Below are positions 1 through 14,196 of a DNA stretch of 64,000 bases, in pieces (the stretch's first letter is position 1; every line of letters begins with the position of its first letter). Where the stretch lies: the NCBI GenBank assembly GCA_963848295.1, contig CAWKDB010000010.1, positions 1,568,001 to 1,632,000 on the forward strand, given 5' to 3'. Under the pieces are notes generated by a model. It worked only from the letters and a program-made list of their open reading frames with translations, was not told the origin of the DNA and did no database searches. Both the position numbers and the translations under genes were made by a program. Origin of the DNA: an uncultured delta proteobacterium. Its GTDB lineage: Bacteria > Myxococcota_A > Polyangia > Haliangiales > Haliangiaceae.

Positions 1-13
1 CGATGTACCACCG

Positions 14-47
14 AAAATGAAAACGCCGCCCAGGTGGCGGCGGTTTC
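14..47 (-). terminator. Rho-independent terminator of the small secreted protein gene
   Basis: Minus strand CGCCGCC-ACCTG-GGCGGCG stem followed by TTTTCATTTT, about 20 nt after the stop at 65. Confidence 0.8.
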
Positions 48-64
48 GGACGAGGTAACCGGAG

Positions 65-277
65 TTACTTGGTCGCGGGAGCCTTCTTGGTCGTCTTGGG
101 CGCCTTCGCGTCGGTCTTCGGCGCGTCCTTGCCGGTCGCCTTCGCGTCGGTCTTCGCGTCCTTCGACTTCGCGTCCTTCGCCGCCGGGGCTTCCTTCTTC
201 GCCGGAGCATCGGCCATGACGACGGCCGGGGTGAGGAGCGAGCCGATGATGAGAGCAGACTTGATGATGTTGCGCAT
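65..277 (-). CDS. Small secreted Lys/Ala/Asp-rich low-complexity protein
   Basis: Signal peptide (MRNIIKSALIIGSLLTPAVVMA), KDAK/TDAK repeats, strong SD AAGGAG 6 nt upstream, terminator downstream. Confidence 0.8.
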   Translation of the reverse strand: MRNIIKSALIIGSLLTPAVVMADAPAKKEAPAAKDAKSKDAKTDAKATGKDAPKTDAKAPKTTKKAPATK

Positions 278-337
278 GGAGATCTCCTTGGGAGGTCGGT
301 TCAGAGTTCAGGGGTTGCGGGTTGCGTCGGGACCTTT

Positions 338-353
338 TGCACCCGGTATGCCG
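338..353 (-). promoter_or_regulatory. Putative sigma54 -24/-12 promoter
   Basis: CGGCATACCGGGTGCA (GG-N10-GC) about 60 nt upstream of ATG 277. Confidence 0.5.
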
Positions 354-498
354 CCGGGCCCGTCTAGTTCCGCCTGGTTATAGGTCGGGTTTTCGAGGCC
401 CGATGCCCCCTCGTGGCAATTAGCCTCGCCGCCACCGGCAGGTTGAATAGCCACCCAACGGCGCGCGTTCAATGAGGGTTTCGGCATAGTGGTCGGGC

Positions 499-2028
499 GT
501 GCGGCGAGATCGTCTAGCTCCGTGGCTCATGTTGGTCGCCGGCGCGGCCATCGCGATCGGTGCGCAGACGCTGCTGCCCACCGCAGCCGCGAAGGGCCGG
601 GCGCGGCGCGAGGTCGGTACGGTCGTGGTCCAGATTGCGGATGACAACGGAGCACCTTTGCCAGCGCGCCTGACGTTCAGACCGGTCGGCGAGACGCCGG
701 AGGTGTTCTTCACCACGACCGACATCGGCCGCGAAGAAGTCGGCGCGATCGCGGCCTACGATCGCGTGTTCGTGCTGCGCGGCGCGGCCGAGCTCCGCGT
801 GCCTACCGGGACCTACGACGTGTGGATCTGTCACGGCCCGGAGTGGGACACATCGCGGGTGAGGATCACGGTCAACGCGGGCGCCGACACCGAGCTCGAC
901 GCGAAGCTGCACCACGTGATCGACACGCCGGGCTGGATCTCCGGCGACTTCCACGTTCACGCCGCGCCGTCACTCGACTCGCGCGTGCCGATGCGCGACC
1001 GAGTGCACCAGTTCGTCGCCGATGGCGTCGACCTCATCGTCTCGACCGATCACAACATCATCTCGGACTACAAACCGATCATCGCGGAGCTCGGCGTCGG
1101 CGACTTGCTCGCGTCGGCGACCGGCGACGAGATCACGACGAAGTCATGGGGCCACTTCGGCGCGTTCCCGCTGCCATCGGAAGAAGGCGAGCTCGGACGC
1201 GGCGCGGTGCCGGTCGGCATCCACACGCCGGGGGAGATCTTCGCCGAGGTGCGCTCGAAGGCGCCGACCGCTCTGATCGACATCCACCATCCGCGGCTGG
1301 AGCAAGGCAAGATCGGTTACTTCCATCTCGCCGAGCTCGACGGCAAGACTGGTAAGGCGAAGCGCGCTGGCTTCTCGATGGACTTCGATGCGATCGAAGT
1401 CCTGAACGGCTACCAAGACGCCGATCGCAAGACGGTCGGTCGCGTGATCAGCGATTGGGTATCGTTCCTCGACAGCGGCAAGCGCGTCACCGCGACGGGC
1501 AACTCGGACACCCATCACCTCACGTTCAACCTCGGCGGGTATCCGCGCAACTACGTCAACATCGGCGACGTCCCGATCACCGCGATCGATCCCGTTGCGG
1601 TCGCCGCCGCAGTGAAAGCGGGCCACTCGTACTTCACGACCGGCCCGATCCTCGACGTGACGATCGATGGCAAAGGTCCCGGCGAGCAGGCCACGGCGCA
1701 CGGCGGCAAGGTCGCGCTCAAGATCCGCGTGCGCGCGGCGAACTGGATCTCGGTCACGTCATTGACCGTGATCGGTTCGGCCGGCGCGGTGCTCGCGACT
1801 CGACCGATCGCGAAGTCGACCGCAGTCGTCCGGTTCGACGAGTCGATCGACCTAGACGTCCCGCGCGACGGTTATGCGATCGTGCGCGTCGATGGCGATC
1901 GCCCCGAGGCGCCGAATGTCGGCGACCTCGGTGGCTGGCAGGTGTATCCGCTCGCGATCGCGAATCCGATCTGGATCGACGCCGACGGCGACGGCAAGAT
2001 CACGCCGAGCGCGCCCTACAAACCGTGA
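499..2028 (+). CDS. Secreted PHP-fold metallohydrolase (CehA/McbA-like)
   Basis: N-terminal signal; GDFHVH, STDHN, GHFG, HHPR, GNSDTH metal-binding motifs. Confidence 0.8.
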   Translation: MRRDRLAPWLMLVAGAAIAIGAQTLLPTAAAKGRARREVGTVVVQIADDNGAPLPARLTFRPVGETPEVFFTTTDIGREEVGAIAAYDRVFVLRGAAELRVPTGTYDVWICHGPEWDTSRVRITVNAGADTELDAKLHHVIDTPGWISGDFHVHAAPSLDSRVPMRDRVHQFVADGVDLIVSTDHNIISDYKPIIAELGVGDLLASATGDEITTKSWGHFGAFPLPSEEGELGRGAVPVGIHTPGEIFAEVRSKAPTALIDIHHPRLEQGKIGYFHLAELDGKTGKAKRAGFSMDFDAIEVLNGYQDADRKTVGRVISDWVSFLDSGKRVTATGNSDTHHLTFNLGGYPRNYVNIGDVPITAIDPVAVAAAVKAGHSYFTTGPILDVTIDGKGPGEQATAHGGKVALKIRVRAANWISVTSLTVIGSAGAVLATRPIAKSTAVVRFDESIDLDVPRDGYAIVRVDGDRPEAPNVGDLGGWQVYPLAIANPIWIDADGDGKITPSAPYKP

Positions 2029-2087
2029 GACGCGGCGCCGCGCACGCGAGCGGCTCGGCGAGCGCGCCGAACAAGCGCTCGAGCGCG

Positions 2088-2597
2088 TTACAGGCGGTCC
2101 CACACGTAAGCGACCTCTACGACCGGGAAGCCGCCCACCGTCGTCCTCAGTCGCGACCGGAGACGCCCGCCCATCGCCTCGTAGAAGCCGCGCGCGTGGG
2201 CGTTGTGCTCGAGCACCCAGATCACCATCGAGCCCATCCCGCTCGCACGCAGCCACGCGATCACCCGATCGAGCATCTCTTGGCCGATGCCGTGCCGCTT
2301 CGCGTGATGCACGAGATAGATCGCGTACAGCTCGCCCGCCGCGAGCTCCGGTCGGCGCGCCGGCCCCGCGTCGCAGAAGCCGACGATATCTTGATGGGTG
2401 ACATCGAACGCGACGAGCGACAACACCGAACGATCGCGCAGGATCTGCCTGCGCGTCGACGCGCGTTGGCCCACGTCGATCCGGTCGAGGATCGCGTCGG
2501 GCAAGATGCCGCGGTAGGTCGTTCGCCAACTCGCAGTGTGAGCCCTTGCGATCCCGTGTGCATCGCCGAGTGCCGCTTCGCGAATCGCAAACCTCAT
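2088..2597 (-). CDS. GNAT-family N-acetyltransferase
   Basis: Start reassigned to MRFAIREA; ELYAIYL..KRHGIG and WVLEHNAHARGFYEAMG motifs. Confidence 0.88.
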   Translation of the reverse strand: MRFAIREAALGDAHGIARAHTASWRTTYRGILPDAILDRIDVGQRASTRRQILRDRSVLSLVAFDVTHQDIVGFCDAGPARRPELAAGELYAIYLVHHAKRHGIGQEMLDRVIAWLRASGMGSMVIWVLEHNAHARGFYEAMGGRLRSRLRTTVGGFPVVEVAYVWDRL

Positions 2598-2655
2598 CGA
2601 CCCACGATCAGCGTAGCTGATCGCACGTCGGCTGGCTCGTGATCGCGTCGATCGC

Positions 2656-4032
<1,377 letters not shown>

Positions 4033-4036
<4 letters not shown>

Positions 4037-5499
4037 GCGGCACCGCCCTTCCGCGGCAAGTAGACGGTGAACGTCGAGCCCTTACCTCGCGACGACGCGA
4101 CATCGATCCAGCCACCGTGCTCGCGCACGATGCCCCAGCTGACGCTGAGCCCGAGACCGGTGCCTTCGCCGACCTCCTTCGTCGTGAAGAACGGCTCGAA
4201 GATCCGCTGACGCGTCGGCTCGTCCATGCCGTGACCGGTATCGGCGACCGCGATCGCCATCCAATCGTGGGCATCGCTGTCGACGTACGAGGGCGCGACG
4301 TGCTCGACGACACGCGTCGTGATCGTCACGGTCCCACCACCTTCTGGCATCGCCTGGACGGCGTTGACGACGAGGTTCGTCAACACTTGCCCCATCTGGC
4401 CATCATCGGCTTCGATTCGCAGCGAGTCGTCGAACGGCGGAGCGACGAGCGTGACGTTCGCTTTGCGTGCGATGGTGCCGACCAGCTCGCAGACCCGAGC
4501 CGCGAGCGTGGAGACGTTGACCGGCGTGGTCTCGAGCGCACGCGGTCGCGCGAAGTCGAGCAGCTGGCGGATCAGCGCGGTCATCCGCTCCGATTGCTCG
4601 AGCACGATCCGCGCGGAGTCGATCGCTTCGGCGCCTTCGACCTCGCGTTCGACGATCAGCCTCGCACGGCCCGATACGACGTTGAGCGGCGTGCCGAGCT
4701 CGTGCGCGAGCCCCGATGCGAGCTTGCCGACGGTGGTGAGCCGATCGGCGTGGCGGAGCTGCTCGGTCGCCGATTCGCGCGCACTGCGTTCATCGGCCAG
4801 CCGTTCGCACATCAGGTTGATCTCCGTCGCGAGCTCGCCGAGCTCGTCGTGCTGCGCGAGCTGGAGCGGACCGGACAGATCGCCGGTGCCGACCCGCCGC
4901 GCCTTCGCCGCGAGCCGCGAGATCGGCCGCCCGATGAACACGACGCCGAGGCCGAGCGCGAGCGCCGCCGCGATCGCGACTTCGCTCGCCGAGCCGATGA
5001 TCTCGTTGCGCAACGACTCGCGCACGAACGTATCGATGTGCTGCAGCGACTGCGTGATCTCGACGCCGCCGAGCTTCGGCGGATCGCCCGGCTTGTCGGG
5101 ATCGACGCCGGTGTCGACCGGGATATACGTGATCATTCGCTGGTTCGCGCCATCGCGAATGATCACCGGCTCGCCATCCTTCATCGCGCCGAGCTCGCTC
5201 GCTGGCACCAAGGGCTTGTGCGACGAGCCGACCTGCGCGTCGAGCCAGACCCAGCGCGCGCGTGTCCGCTCGCCGTGGGTGGTCGCCGCTTCGAGATATT
5301 GGATCGCGACGACCTCGCCGTCGTGATTCCACACCACGCCGACGCCGCCCGCGAGCGCGTGCCCGAGTGCGATCGCTTCCGACTTTAGTTGCGACTCGAA
5401 CACCTCGGTTTCGCGGCGGTAGTCGAACCACCCCTGCACCAGGGCGACGAGTGCCACCCCGATGATCAGCGCCGCGATGAATTTGCGAGTTAGCCTCAT
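4033..5499 (-). CDS. Membrane HAMP sensor histidine kinase, cognate to the NtrC-like regulator
   Basis: Two TM segments, HAMP, LAHELGTPLN H-box, N/G1/F/G2 boxes; 4-nt overlap with the regulator. Confidence 0.92.
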
Positions 5500-5616
5500 G
5501 GTCGGGACGAGTTCTACCCGATCCGCGAAGCCCACGGGCCCGGCCATCGGGAACGCCATCTCAGCGGGACTCCTCGCAGATCGGCCGAAGGGCCCACGCC
5601 ACTGCGCTTTCCCGCT

Positions 5617-5631
5617 GGGGCACAATGCCCC
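5617..5631. promoter_or_regulatory. Palindrome GGGGCA-CAA-TGCCCC, candidate enhancer-binding-protein site
   Basis: Perfect 6-bp inverted repeat about 110 nt upstream of a sigma54-like site, between the divergent HK/EBP and USP genes. Confidence 0.35.
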
Positions 5632-5741
5632 CACGAAGGGCGTGCGAAATCACGCGGAGCGCCATGCTGTGGGTCCCCGCAGCGAGCGATCTACTCCATG
5701 AAGAAACCATTAGGTCTAGGCGCCACCGCACGTGAACGGCG

Positions 5742-5757
5742 TGGCTCAGATCCTGAA
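5742..5757 (+). promoter_or_regulatory. Degenerate sigma54-like promoter for the USP gene
   Basis: TGGCTCAGATCCTGAA (GG-N10-GA instead of GC), 14 nt from the -12 position to ATG 5771. Confidence 0.3.
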
Positions 5758-5770
5758 GTTACGCGAGCTC

Positions 5771-6238
5771 ATGACGACCTCAAACATCCTCGTTCCGACC
5801 GATCTCGGGGAAGGCGCGACCGAGGCGCTCGACTACGCGTGCGACCTAGCGGCCGACCTCGGCGCCACCGTCCACGTGTTGAACGTCATCGCCGTCCCGG
5901 GGCTCGGCGTGCCCGAGCTTGGCGTCGCCATGACCGCTGGGGTGATCGACGCGATGGTCCATGACAACCAAGCGACCCTCGAAAAGCTCGCGGACGACCG
6001 GCGAAGCCGAGTCAAGATCGGCAAGGTCTTGATGCGCGGCGGCGACGCTCGCGACCAGATCAACGAGGTGGCACGCGAGCTCGACTGCGACCTGATCGTG
6101 ATGGCGACGCACGGCCGTCGCGGTGTGTCACGCGTGCTGCTGGGCAGCGTCGCGGAGTCGGTCGTGCGGACCGCGCCGTGTCCCGTCCTGACCGTGCGCA
6201 CCGGCTCGGTCGTGCGGCCCCGTCACGCCGCGGCTTGA
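5771..6238 (+). CDS. Universal stress protein (UspA family)
   Basis: NILVPTD, DLIVMATHGRRG..LLGSVAESVVRTAPCPVLTV. Confidence 0.95.
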   Translation: MTTSNILVPTDLGEGATEALDYACDLAADLGATVHVLNVIAVPGLGVPELGVAMTAGVIDAMVHDNQATLEKLADDRRSRVKIGKVLMRGGDARDQINEVARELDCDLIVMATHGRRGVSRVLLGSVAESVVRTAPCPVLTVRTGSVVRPRHAAA

Positions 6239-6255
6239 GGCTAGAGTAGGCGGGG

Positions 6256-6888
6256 ATGTCGGGACTGCACGAGATGATCAGCGGCCAGCTCCAGCGCCGC
6301 GACATCACCGATCCCGCCGTGCTCGCGGCGTTCGGCCGGGTCCAGCGCGAAGCGTTTGTCCCACAGGACGAGCTGGCGAGGGCGTACGACGACGGGCCGT
6401 TACCGATCGGATTCGGTCAGACGATCTCGCAGCCTTACGTCGTCGCCGTGATGGCGCAAGCGCTGCGTCTCCGCGCGTCCGATCGCGTGCTCGAGATCGG
6501 CACCGGCTCGGGCTATGCCGCGGCGATCCTGAGCGAGCTGGCCGCGTCGGTCGACACGGTCGAACGGATCGAGGATCTGGCGACGGCCGCGCGCGATCGA
6601 CTCGCGAGGCTCGGCTACGATCGCGTGAGCGTGCATCGCGGCGACGGTTCGCTCGGCTGGCCGCCGGGCGCACCCTACGATGCGATCGCGGTCGCGTGCG
6701 CCGCGCCGGTCGCGCCACCGTCGTTGCTTGCCCAGCTCGCGATCGGGGGGCGCATGGTCGCGCCGGTCGGCCGCGACGACGACCAACAGCTCGTGCGCAT
6801 CACCCGAACCGACGCGACGACGTTCCAGACCGAGGCCCTCGGGGACGTTCGGTTCGTGCCGCTGCTCGGCGCTGAGGGCTTTCCCTAA
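6256..6888 (+). CDS. pcm: Protein-L-isoaspartate O-methyltransferase
   Basis: GQTISQPY, VLEIGTGSGY, GDGSLGW..APYDAI, VRFVPL. Confidence 0.95.
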   Translation: MSGLHEMISGQLQRRDITDPAVLAAFGRVQREAFVPQDELARAYDDGPLPIGFGQTISQPYVVAVMAQALRLRASDRVLEIGTGSGYAAAILSELAASVDTVERIEDLATAARDRLARLGYDRVSVHRGDGSLGWPPGAPYDAIAVACAAPVAPPSLLAQLAIGGRMVAPVGRDDDQQLVRITRTDATTFQTEALGDVRFVPLLGAEGFP

Positions 6889-7430
6889 GCAGCGACGGTC
6901 GCGGCTTTCTTGACCGCTTCGATCTCGAGCGAGATCTCGATCTTGTCGCCGACCGCCACGCCGCCGGCTTCGAGCAGCTGGTTCCAGGTCAGGCCGAAGT
7001 CTTTGCGACTGATCGTCGTCTTCGCCGAGAACCCGGTGCGCGTGCCGCCCCAGGGATCCTTGACCTGACCCGCCGGCTCGACCTTGAGATGCACCGGACG
7101 GGTCACGCCATGGATCGTGAGCTCGCCGTCGACCGCGAGGTCGTCGCCATCGCGCTCGACCCGCGTGCTCTTGAACGTCAGATGCGGAAAGTTCGCGGCG
7201 TCGAGGAAGTCGGCCGAACGCAGGTGTTCGTCGCGCTTGGGTTCTTTCGTGTCGATGCTCGCCGCGTCGATCTGAACTTCGACATGCGACTTGGTCGGAT
7301 CGACCGGGTCGAGCTGCAACGACCCGGTCCAGCCCTGGAACCGGCCGTGGACCTTCGAGATCATCAGGTGACGGACGTGGAAGCCGATGCTCGAGTGCGT
7401 CAGATCGAAATCCCATTGCTCAGCAGACAT
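6885..7430 (-). CDS. YceI-family polyisoprenoid-binding protein
   Basis: HSSIGFHVRHLMISKVHGRF, RDEHLRSADF, DPWGGTRTGF; SD AAGGAG. Confidence 0.93.
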   Translation of the reverse strand: MSAEQWDFDLTHSSIGFHVRHLMISKVHGRFQGWTGSLQLDPVDPTKSHVEVQIDAASIDTKEPKRDEHLRSADFLDAANFPHLTFKSTRVERDGDDLAVDGELTIHGVTRPVHLKVEPAGQVKDPWGGTRTGFSAKTTISRKDFGLTWNQLLEAGGVAVGDKIEISLEIEAVKKAATVAA

Positions 7431-7463
7431 GGCAGACTCCTTGAAGGTTCTCGCTATTGCCTT

Positions 7464-7480
7464 GGATACAAATCGTAACC
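7464..7480. promoter_or_regulatory. Candidate HxlR-family operator GGATAC-N5-GTAACC
   Basis: Near-perfect inverted repeat in the AT-rich gap between divergent yceI-like and HxlR genes. Confidence 0.4.
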
Positions 7481-7528
7481 ATGGTGAATAGTGAGAACCG
7501 CATGGCGAATCCGCAAGAGGGCACAGCG

Positions 7529-7915
7529 ATGTCACCAAGGCACACCAAGCTTCGTCCGGCACACTCGTGTCCAGCCGTACGCGAGGTATTGCATCGAGTT
7601 GGCGACAAGTGGAGCGTTCAGATCGTCGCGTTGCTCGGCGATGGCCCGCTGCGATTCTCCGAGTTGCGGCGGGCGATCGAAGGCATCTCGCAACGCATGC
7701 TGACGCTCACGCTGCGCGGGCTCGAACGCGACGGCCTGATCACGCGCACCGTCTATGCGGAGATTCCGCCGCGCGTCGACTACGAGCTGACCAAGCTCGG
7801 CGACACGTTGCTCGAGCCCATCCAAGGGCTCGCCGAGTGGGCCGAGCGGTACCGCACGGCGATCCAAGACGCGCGCGCGAAGTTCGATAGCCGGCCGGCG
7901 AAGAAGACCGCGTAG
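7529..7915 (+). CDS. HxlR-family winged-helix transcriptional regulator
   Basis: [47 protein letters not shown]. Confidence 0.93.
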   Translation: MSPRHTKLRPAHSCPAVREVLHRVGDKWSVQIVALLGDGPLRFSELRRAIEGISQRMLTLTLRGLERDGLITRTVYAEIPPRVDYELTKLGDTLLEPIQGLAEWAERYRTAIQDARAKFDSRPAKKTA

Positions 7916-7937
7916 TCGCTGTGGCCGCAGCCGCGCG

Positions 7938-9344
7938 CTAGCCCTCCTCGATCAGCGCCGCCACGCGACCCTGAGTCGCGCGCGCCCAGCGACCGGTCGA
8001 AGCCACGCCGAGCGCGACGATCGCGACCCCGCAACCCACGACGAGATACGAGAACGGATGGGTCGCGAGCGCGAAGTTCGGGCTCGTTGCCACCGCGCTC
8101 GTACCACCGCCGGCGAGCATACCCGCGAGTGCGACACCGAGCGATGACCCGACTTGCCGGCTGGTCGATGCGAGCGCGGCCGCGACCCCGGCCTGCCCCC
8201 TCGGCATGCCCGAGACTGCGGTGTTCGTGATCGGCGCGTTGACCATCCCGACACCGACGCCGAGGCACGTGTAAGCGAGGATGAGCTGGACGAGCGGCGT
8301 ATCGACACGGAGCCCGACGAGCAAGCCCGCACCGAGCGCGGTCGCGATGCCGGCGATCACGACCGCGGTCCGCACCTGGCCTCTACCGACGAGCCGCCCC
8401 GACAGCGGCGAGCACGTGACGAGCGCGATCGCGACGGGTAACAAGCACAGCCCGGCGCGCGACGGCGCCAGCCCGCGCGTGTCTTGCAGATAGAGCGAGT
8501 TGACGAACAAGAACCCGGCGAATGCGGTGAACGCGAGCACCGCGGTCACCGTCGCCGATGCAAACGGCGCGCTGCGAAAGAATCGAGGATCGATCAGCGG
8601 ATCGATCCGGCGCCGCTCGTAAGCCACGAGCGCGATGACCGCGCACCCGGCGGTCGCAAATGCGGCGATGATCCACGGCGAATCCCAACCCGCAGTCGGG
8701 CCCTCGATCAACCCGGAGGTCAGCGTGGCCAACGCGATCACGACCAGCGCCTGACCGACGAGATCGGGACGACGCGGTCGCTCGGCGAGCGACTCCGGAA
8801 CGTAGCGCGTGGCGAGCACGATCGCGGCGAGCCCGATCGGCACGTTGATCCAGAAGATCGAGCGCCAGCCGACGTTCTCGACGAGAAATCCCCCGAGCGG
8901 CGGCCCGATCGCCATCGACACGCCGAACACCGCGCCCCAGATCCCGATCGCCTGCGCGCGCTGTTTCGGATCGACGAACACGTTGACGATGATCGACATC
9001 GCGACTGGATTGAGCATCGCGCCGCCGAGCGCTTGCACGATGCGAAACGCGACGAGCATCTGGATCGACGTCGCGAGACTGCACAACAGCGAGCCACCCG
9101 AGAACAGCGCGAGGCCGAGACGGAACACGCGGCGGCGGCCGACGCGGTCGGCGGTCGAGCCGGCGAGCATGAGGAAGCTCGCGATGACGAGCGTGTAGCC
9201 GTCGACCGTCCACTGCTGGCCGGCGACCGACGTGTGGAGCCGAGTACCGATCTCGGGCAGCGCGACGTTCATGATCGTCACGTCCATCGACACGAGGAAC
9301 AAGCTCGAACAGCAGATCGCGAGGACCAGCCAGGGTCGGGTCAT
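7938..9344 (-). CDS. DHA2-family MFS efflux transporter
   Basis: DVTIMNVALP, GSTADRVGRRR, GWRSIFWINVPIG; many TM segments. Confidence 0.93.
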   Translation of the reverse strand: MTRPWLVLAICCSSLFLVSMDVTIMNVALPEIGTRLHTSVAGQQWTVDGYTLVIASFLMLAGSTADRVGRRRVFRLGLALFSGGSLLCSLATSIQMLVAFRIVQALGGAMLNPVAMSIIVNVFVDPKQRAQAIGIWGAVFGVSMAIGPPLGGFLVENVGWRSIFWINVPIGLAAIVLATRYVPESLAERPRRPDLVGQALVVIALATLTSGLIEGPTAGWDSPWIIAAFATAGCAVIALVAYERRRIDPLIDPRFFRSAPFASATVTAVLAFTAFAGFLFVNSLYLQDTRGLAPSRAGLCLLPVAIALVTCSPLSGRLVGRGQVRTAVVIAGIATALGAGLLVGLRVDTPLVQLILAYTCLGVGVGMVNAPITNTAVSGMPRGQAGVAAALASTSRQVGSSLGVALAGMLAGGGTSAVATSPNFALATHPFSYLVVGCGVAIVALGVASTGRWARATQGRVAALIEEG

Positions 9345-10930
9345 CGCGGCGGGATGAACGACATCGCGCGCTCGGCAAGTGCGGTGATCGTGAAGCTCGG
9401 GTTGACGCCGAGGTTCGCGCCGACCGCGGCACCATCAACGACGTACAGGTTGCGATAACCGAACACGCGGTGCTGCGCATCGATCACGCCGTGCTCCGGA
9501 TCGGTACCCATCACGCAGCCGCCGATGCAATGCGCGGTCATCGGCAAGCCAAACAGGATCTCCGGCGTCGACGTGATCGCGGTGCCACCGAGCTTGGCCG
9601 CGGCGCGTTCCGCGAACACGTTTGCCGCCGGAATGTTCGTCGGGATCCGATCGCCTTCGCTGCACAGCAGGCGCGTGAACGGCCAGAACCAGCGGCGGCG
9701 CAGCCGCATCCGCAGCGTGGCGTCGATCGTCTGCATCACCAACAAGATCAGCGTCTGGCGCGCGAACCCGAACGGCCAGCCGGCACGCGCGAACTTGATC
9801 GGGTGGCGAAAGGCGTTGCCGATCCACTTCGCGATTCGCTTCCAGCCGCTGCCGGTGACGAGCATCGTCGCGAGTAGGCCGAGCGCGTCGGATCCGCGCG
9901 GATAGCGCGTCGCTTCGATGTGGGTGAACCGATCGATGTGGATGCCCGAACCGATCGCGATGCCCTGCGACATGTCGAGCCGTTTACCGGGGAACCGCAC
10001 GCCGACGAGCGATTCGCTGTTCGTCCGGACGTCGTCGCCGAGCCGAGATGACAGTGCCGGCAACGATCCGCGCTGCTTGAGCCGCAGCAGCAGGTCGGTC
10101 GAGCCGAGCGCCGATGCCGACAGCACCACGCCGCGTGCCGTGAACGTGTGCCGTCGCTTCGCGAACCATGCGGTCGAGCGCTCGGTCGTGACCCGATAGC
10201 CGGCAGTACCGTCGCCGCCGCGATCGATCGGCTGAATATCGACGACGCGGGTCTCCGCGAAGATCTTCGCGCCGTGCTTCTCTGCGAAGTACAGGTAGTT
10301 CTTGTCGAGCGTGTTCTTCGCGTTGAACCTGCAGCCCACCATGCAGCCGCCGCAGCCGATGCAGCTCGACCGCGGCGGCCCTTGGCCGTCGAAGTATGGA
10401 TCGGGATGGGGCTCGCCCTGCTTGTCGCCGAAATACACGGCGACGTCGGTGCGATAGAACGACGCGCCCACACCTTGGTCTTCGGCGGCTGCTTGCAGCG
10501 CGCGATCGGCATCGCCGAGGATCTTGTTCTCGGTGACGCCGAGCATCCGGCGCGCGGTCGCGAAGTGCGCGGGCATCTCGCTCTGCCACGCAGCGATGCC
10601 TTTCCACGAGCCCTCGCTCCACACCGAGTCCGGCGGCACGAGCATCGTGTTCGCGTAGGTGATCGATCCGCCGCCGACCGCGTTGCCGCACAAGATCATC
10701 ACGTGCTTGAACGGCCGGAGGTTGAAGAACCCGAACAGCTTCGCGCCCGGCCGCCAGATGAACTTGCGCGCGTTCCACGACGTCTTCGGGAAATCGCCGG
10801 CGGTCCACCGCTTGCCCATCTCGAGCACCGCGACCGCATAGCCCTTCTCCGCTAGCCGGCACGCCGACACCGCGCCGCCGAACCCCGAGCCAACGACGAT
10901 GTAGTCGTAGTCGAAGGACGGTTCGGTCAT
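9341..10930 (-). CDS. GMC-family FAD oxidoreductase, cholesterol oxidase (ChoD)-like
   Basis: VVGSGFGG, VGGGSITYAN, CIGCGGCMVGCRFNAKNTLDKNYL, AHCIGG, NLGVNPSFTITALAER. Confidence 0.88.
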   Translation of the reverse strand: MTEPSFDYDYIVVGSGFGGAVSACRLAEKGYAVAVLEMGKRWTAGDFPKTSWNARKFIWRPGAKLFGFFNLRPFKHVMILCGNAVGGGSITYANTMLVPPDSVWSEGSWKGIAAWQSEMPAHFATARRMLGVTENKILGDADRALQAAAEDQGVGASFYRTDVAVYFGDKQGEPHPDPYFDGQGPPRSSCIGCGGCMVGCRFNAKNTLDKNYLYFAEKHGAKIFAETRVVDIQPIDRGGDGTAGYRVTTERSTAWFAKRRHTFTARGVVLSASALGSTDLLLRLKQRGSLPALSSRLGDDVRTNSESLVGVRFPGKRLDMSQGIAIGSGIHIDRFTHIEATRYPRGSDALGLLATMLVTGSGWKRIAKWIGNAFRHPIKFARAGWPFGFARQTLILLVMQTIDATLRMRLRRRWFWPFTRLLCSEGDRIPTNIPAANVFAERAAAKLGGTAITSTPEILFGLPMTAHCIGGCVMGTDPEHGVIDAQHRVFGYRNLYVVDGAAVGANLGVNPSFTITALAERAMSFIPPR

Positions 10931-10936
10931 GCCTTA

Positions 10937-13815
<2,879 letters not shown>

Positions 13816-13819
<4 letters not shown>

Positions 13820-14196
13820 GCGCTGTCCCCTTTGCCCGCGTACTTCGCGATCAACTGCGGCAGTGCCCGCGTGTCGATCGGCTTGGTGACGTAGTCATCG
13901 CATCCCGCGGCGATCGCGCGCTCGCGATCGCCCTTCATCGCGTAGGCGGTCACCGCGATGATCGAGATCGATGCGGTCTCGGGCACCGCTTTGAGCAGAC
14001 GGGTCAGCGCGAGGCCGTCGATCCCGGGCAACTGGAGGTCCATCAAGATCACGCGAGGTGGATGTTCGCGCACTTCGACGAGCGCCGCCGACGCATCGCT
14101 CGCGGTTCGCACTTCGTAACCTGCCGCCTGGACGAGATAGGACACCAGCTTCAGATTCAGCGCGTTGTCATCGACGATCAGGATGCGGGGCTTCAC
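13816..14196 (-). CDS. Single-domain response regulator (DivK-like)
   Basis: IVDDN, MDLQLP, VTAYAMKGD, TKPID. Confidence 0.92.

Noticed and set aside
5070..5120. VDTGVDPDKPGDPP loop in the kinase sensor domain as another repeat copy
   Set aside because: Contains GTCGA and a small hairpin but does not align with the consensus.
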